From assembly GCA_039698055.1 (NCBI GenBank), contig JBDKTL010000048.1, forward strand, positions 1 to 64,000: a stretch of 64,000 nucleotides of DNA. The letters run 5' to 3'. The notes under the pieces were generated by a model, which was not told where the DNA came from, did no database searches, and saw only the letters and a program-made list of their open reading frames with translations. The first letter of the stretch is position 1. Every line of letters starts with the position of its first letter. Both the position numbers and the translations under genes were made by a program. Positions 60,903 to 64,000 of the stretch are shown here, one piece after another. Origin of the DNA: Methanoregula sp. (GTDB taxonomy: Archaea; Halobacteriota; Methanomicrobia; Methanomicrobiales; Methanospirillaceae).

Positions 60903-62812
60903 GTTCCTGCTCCTGCTGTTCGAAGAAACCGGCCCGTACGGGCTACCGGGAATTGTTGCGGGAGCCGGGTACCATCTTTACTCTTGTAAGCGGTTTTCTG
61001 CTCGCCATTGCGGTCATCGCCGATCCCGGGATGATGCTTGATGAAACCGTCACTTCCGGGTCCGGCAGTATCCTCTATCTGATTGCGGCTCTAACGGGTT
61101 CATCTTATATCTGGTACTCTGCACTGCAGGGAATCCGGAACCGGGATTTCACTACCGATATCCCGGTCTCGCTTGCCACGCTCACCGCAATTGCCATCGG
61201 CCAGTACCCGGCAGCAGCGGTTGTCGCGGTGCTTCTCCTCGTCGGCGGCATGCTGGAAGCGTACGTGGCTGCCCGGGCAGGCAATGCCATGGAGGCGCTC
61301 GCCGCACTCCTGCCGGACCGGGTCACGGTGCGGCGCAGCGGCAGCGATACCCGTGTCCCGCTGGAAGAATTGAGTGCCGGGGACATTGTGCTTGTGAGGT
61401 CCGGTGAACGGATACCGGTCGACGGGGAGGTTATTTCCGGAACGGCATCCGTCAACCAGGCGACCATTACCGGAGAGAGCACTCCCATAACCCGGATGTG
61501 CGGGGATACTGTCTATGCCGGGACATTCAATGATTGTGGGGTGCTTGAGATCCGTACCGTTAAGACCGGGGAGATGACCCTTCTCGGGAGGATACGGGAT
61601 CTTATTGAAGATGCAAAAAACCAGAAGCCTCCAGTTGAACGGGTACTTGACCGGTACTCCCGGTTATACACACCGCTGGCACTTCTGTTCGGCGGCCTCG
61701 TTTGGTTCCTGAGCGGGGATGTCCTGCGTGCCATTACCATGCTCATCGTCTTCTGTCCCTGCGTGATCATTCTTGCCACGCCAACCGCACTCGTTGCAGC
61801 GATCGGGAACGCCGCCCGTCACGGAAACCTTGTCAAGACCGGGGAAACCATCGAGAAAATGGCAGCGGTGGATACCGTGATCTTCGATAAAACAGGAACC
61901 CTGACGACAGGAAAACCGGTCCTTGCCGATGTAAGACCGCTCCGGAACCTGACAGAAGACGATGTCATTTTTGCAGCAGCAACCATAGAAAAATTCAGCG
62001 AGCATCCTTTAGGAAAAGCAATTGCTGCGGAAGCATTGCGGCGCCATATTGTTGTTCCGGATCCGGAATCATTCGAGGTTTTACCGGGCCGCGGGATCTC
62101 TGCTGTCATTCATGGAAAAACCGCGCTCCTTGGAAACGAATCTCTCATGGCGGAGTACAGGGTTGAGATCGATTCCTGCGCCACGGCCTCTGCCCGGTCC
62201 TGCGCAGCCGATGCCCGGACCATTTCCTATCTTGCAATCGATGGCCGGGTCGCAGCGGTCCTGACGTTTGCGGATGCACTGAGGAATAATGCCGGAGAGG
62301 TCGTCTCCAGGCTTCAGGCTGCCGGAGTGCATTGTGTCATGGTAACCGGGGACCAGCCGGGTTCGGCATCCTCTGTGGGACGCGCCCTCGGGATTACGGA
62401 AATCCATGCAAATGTACTGCCGCAGGATAAAGTTGCGATTGTCCGGAAGATGCAGTCGGAAGGCTGGCATGTTGCCTTTGTCGGCGACGGGGTCAATGAC
62501 GGGCCGGCACTTGCAGCATCCGATGTCGGGATTGCGATGGGGCTCTCCGGCACCGATGTTGCCATTGAAACCGCCGATATTGCTCTCCTCTCCGATGACC
62601 TTGCCTCGCTGCCTCACCTGCATTCGCTCTCCCGGGTCGCCCTCAGCACTATCCGGAACAACCTTGTCTTCTCGGTAGGGGTTCTGGTCGTTGCCGTGAT
62701 GCTCACGATCCCCGGTATCCTGCACCCGGTTACCGGTGCCCTTGTCCATGAGATCTCATCGCTGCCGGTGATTGCCAATTCGGTGCGCCTGATCGCATAC
62801 CGGAACGGATAA
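60899..62812 (+). CDS. Heavy-metal-translocating P1B-type ATPase
   Basis: TGES, CPC, DKTGT, SEHP, GDGVND, C-terminal HEISS. Confidence 0.95.
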   Translation: MSSCSCCSKKPARTGYRELLREPGTIFTLVSGFLLAIAVIADPGMMLDETVTSGSGSILYLIAALTGSSYIWYSALQGIRNRDFTTDIPVSLATLTAIAIGQYPAAAVVAVLLLVGGMLEAYVAARAGNAMEALAALLPDRVTVRRSGSDTRVPLEELSAGDIVLVRSGERIPVDGEVISGTASVNQATITGESTPITRMCGDTVYAGTFNDCGVLEIRTVKTGEMTLLGRIRDLIEDAKNQKPPVERVLDRYSRLYTPLALLFGGLVWFLSGDVLRAITMLIVFCPCVIILATPTALVAAIGNAARHGNLVKTGETIEKMAAVDTVIFDKTGTLTTGKPVLADVRPLRNLTEDDVIFAAATIEKFSEHPLGKAIAAEALRRHIVVPDPESFEVLPGRGISAVIHGKTALLGNESLMAEYRVEIDSCATASARSCAADARTISYLAIDGRVAAVLTFADALRNNAGEVVSRLQAAGVHCVMVTGDQPGSASSVGRALGITEIHANVLPQDKVAIVRKMQSEGWHVAFVGDGVNDGPALAASDVGIAMGLSGTDVAIETADIALLSDDLASLPHLHSLSRVALSTIRNNLVFSVGVLVVAVMLTIPGILHPVTGALVHEISSLPVIANSVRLIAYRNG

Positions 62813-62924
62813 ACTGTGAAGATGACCCGGATCCGGTTTTAACCAGTGCCGGTTTACCGGGTCAATCCTCCCAACGTCCTTTTTAACTCTGGAAAATGGA
62901 ACCGGAGCACGCATGGGGCTTGTT

Positions 62925-64000
62925 TTATCTCGTATCCCTACAACCGTCTGTCCCCATAAAACAGAAAGGATCTTCCGCCAGGAAATCCCCTTCCACAGCA
63001 TGTGCCCGGACCCGGCACCCGCCGCCGCAGAGATCCCGATACCTGCAGATTCCGCACCGGCCCCCGAAACGGGCATCCTTTTTTCGGAACCGGGCGAGAA
63101 CGGGGCTGGCATCATCCGCCCAGAGCCTGCTGAACGACCGGTCCCTGACATTCCCCACGAGAAATTCCCGGGAACGGGCGAACTGGCAGGGGTACACGTT
63201 CCCCCGGGTATCAATATTGGCCACCCGGGTGCCGGCGCTGCACCCACCCTTCAGTGATTCGAGCAGCCCCCGGGCATCGGCCAGGTCCTCCGATCCGTCT
63301 TTCTCCATGGAAGCAAGCAGGTGGATGCAGTCCTGCGGGGCATCGACCGTCAGGAACTCCATGGTTGCAGGATCCGTCTCCTTTGCTTTCCGGTAGAGAA
63401 GATCAAGAGCCCCCTTTACCTCGTCCTTGTCCAGTTGCAGCCGGGCGTAGGAATCACTTCCCCGGCCTGTTGGCACAAGCCAGTACAGGCAGAAGCGGGA
63501 GGCGCCGAGGGAAATGGAAAGATCGACGAGCGCTTCAAGTTCGTGGCAGTTCTCTTTCGTGAGAGTAACCCGGACCCCGCACCGGAGCCCGGCTTCCGTG
63601 CATGCCGCAAATGCCTTTATCGTCTGCTCAAACGCACCAGGGGAATTCCGGAACCGGTCGTGAGTCTCAGCTTTCGCACCATCAAGCGATATGCCGGCAT
63701 ATTCGATCCCGCTCTCTTTGATCCGCCGGGCAATGTCGGGGGTGATAAGTGTTCCGTTGGTGCTGAGCGCCAGCTTGAGACCACGGTTGCCGGCATGACG
63801 TGCCAGTTCCCAGATATCCTCACGGAGAAGCGGTTCCCCGCCGGTGAACAGGATGAGCGGCACACCCATAGCTGCGAGATCATCGATCACTCCTAGCGCT
63901 TCAGCAGTGGACAGTTCTCCTTCCGTTGTACGTCCCGGTCCTGACCTGCTGTAGCAATGGGCGCAGCTCAGGTTGCAGCGGTCCGTGAGGTTCCAGAAGA
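62925..64000 (-). CDS. Radical SAM/SPASM protein, AhbC/NirJ-like (5' end outside the window)
   Basis: Window end reads FWNLTDRCNLSCAHCYS (CxxxCxxC). Also GGEPL, GISLDG, LV.TGRG, LTVD, and SPASM C..C....CGGGCRVRA..DP.C. Confidence 0.85.
   Translation of the reverse strand, partial: FWNLTDRCNLSCAHCYSRSGPGRTTEGELSTAEALGVIDDLAAMGVPLILFTGGEPLLREDIWELARHAGNRGLKLALSTNGTLITPDIARRIKESGIEYAGISLDGAKAETHDRFRNSPGAFEQTIKAFAACTEAGLRCGVRVTLTKENCHELEALVDLSISLGASRFCLYWLVPTGRGSDSYARLQLDKDEVKGALDLLYRKAKETDPATMEFLTVDAPQDCIHLLASMEKDGSEDLADARGLLESLKGGCSAGTRVANIDTRGNVYPCQFARSREFLVGNVRDRSFSRLWADDASPVLARFRKKDARFGGRCGICRYRDLCGGGCRVRAHAVEGDFLAEDPFCFMGTDGCRDTR

Overview
Archaeal DNA that most resembles a Methanomicrobiales methanogen (Methanoregula-like). 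The evidence is DUF1628 archaeal pilins, PGF-type sorting signals, DUF3344/PKD/PEGA/CARDB surface proteins, TATA-like AT-rich promoters and ATGA-coupled operons. Almost the whole window is a transition-metal/tetrapyrrole acquisition island. (1) From about 0.7 to 23.6 kb: five secreted DUF3344-domain proteins, including a 3174-aa giant, with a BtuF-like binding protein and a MacB/FtsX-type ABC system. (2) From 25.5 to 37 kb: a BtuCD/FecCD-E importer, a divergent ChlI/D-like + CobN chelatase pair, an ABC-2 exporter, a second binding protein and NikR. (3) Two Feo systems, each with its own DtxR/MntR regulator and a shared palindromic operator. (4) A cobamide salvage operon (btuC-btuD-TIM barrel-btuF-cbiZ). 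(5) An archaeal type IV pilus locus. (6) An Isf flavoprotein, an HxlR regulator, a P1B ATPase with an unannotated upstream CxxC peptide, and a truncated AhbC/NirJ-like radical SAM gene. The best candidate for an undescribed system is the DUF3344 surface array + importer + CobN/ChlD + exporters + NikR module, inferred to be a metallo-tetrapyrrole scavenging or (de)chelation system. No rRNA, tRNA, CRISPR array or intact mobile element was recognised. All family assignments come from motif recognition by eye; no database searches were run.
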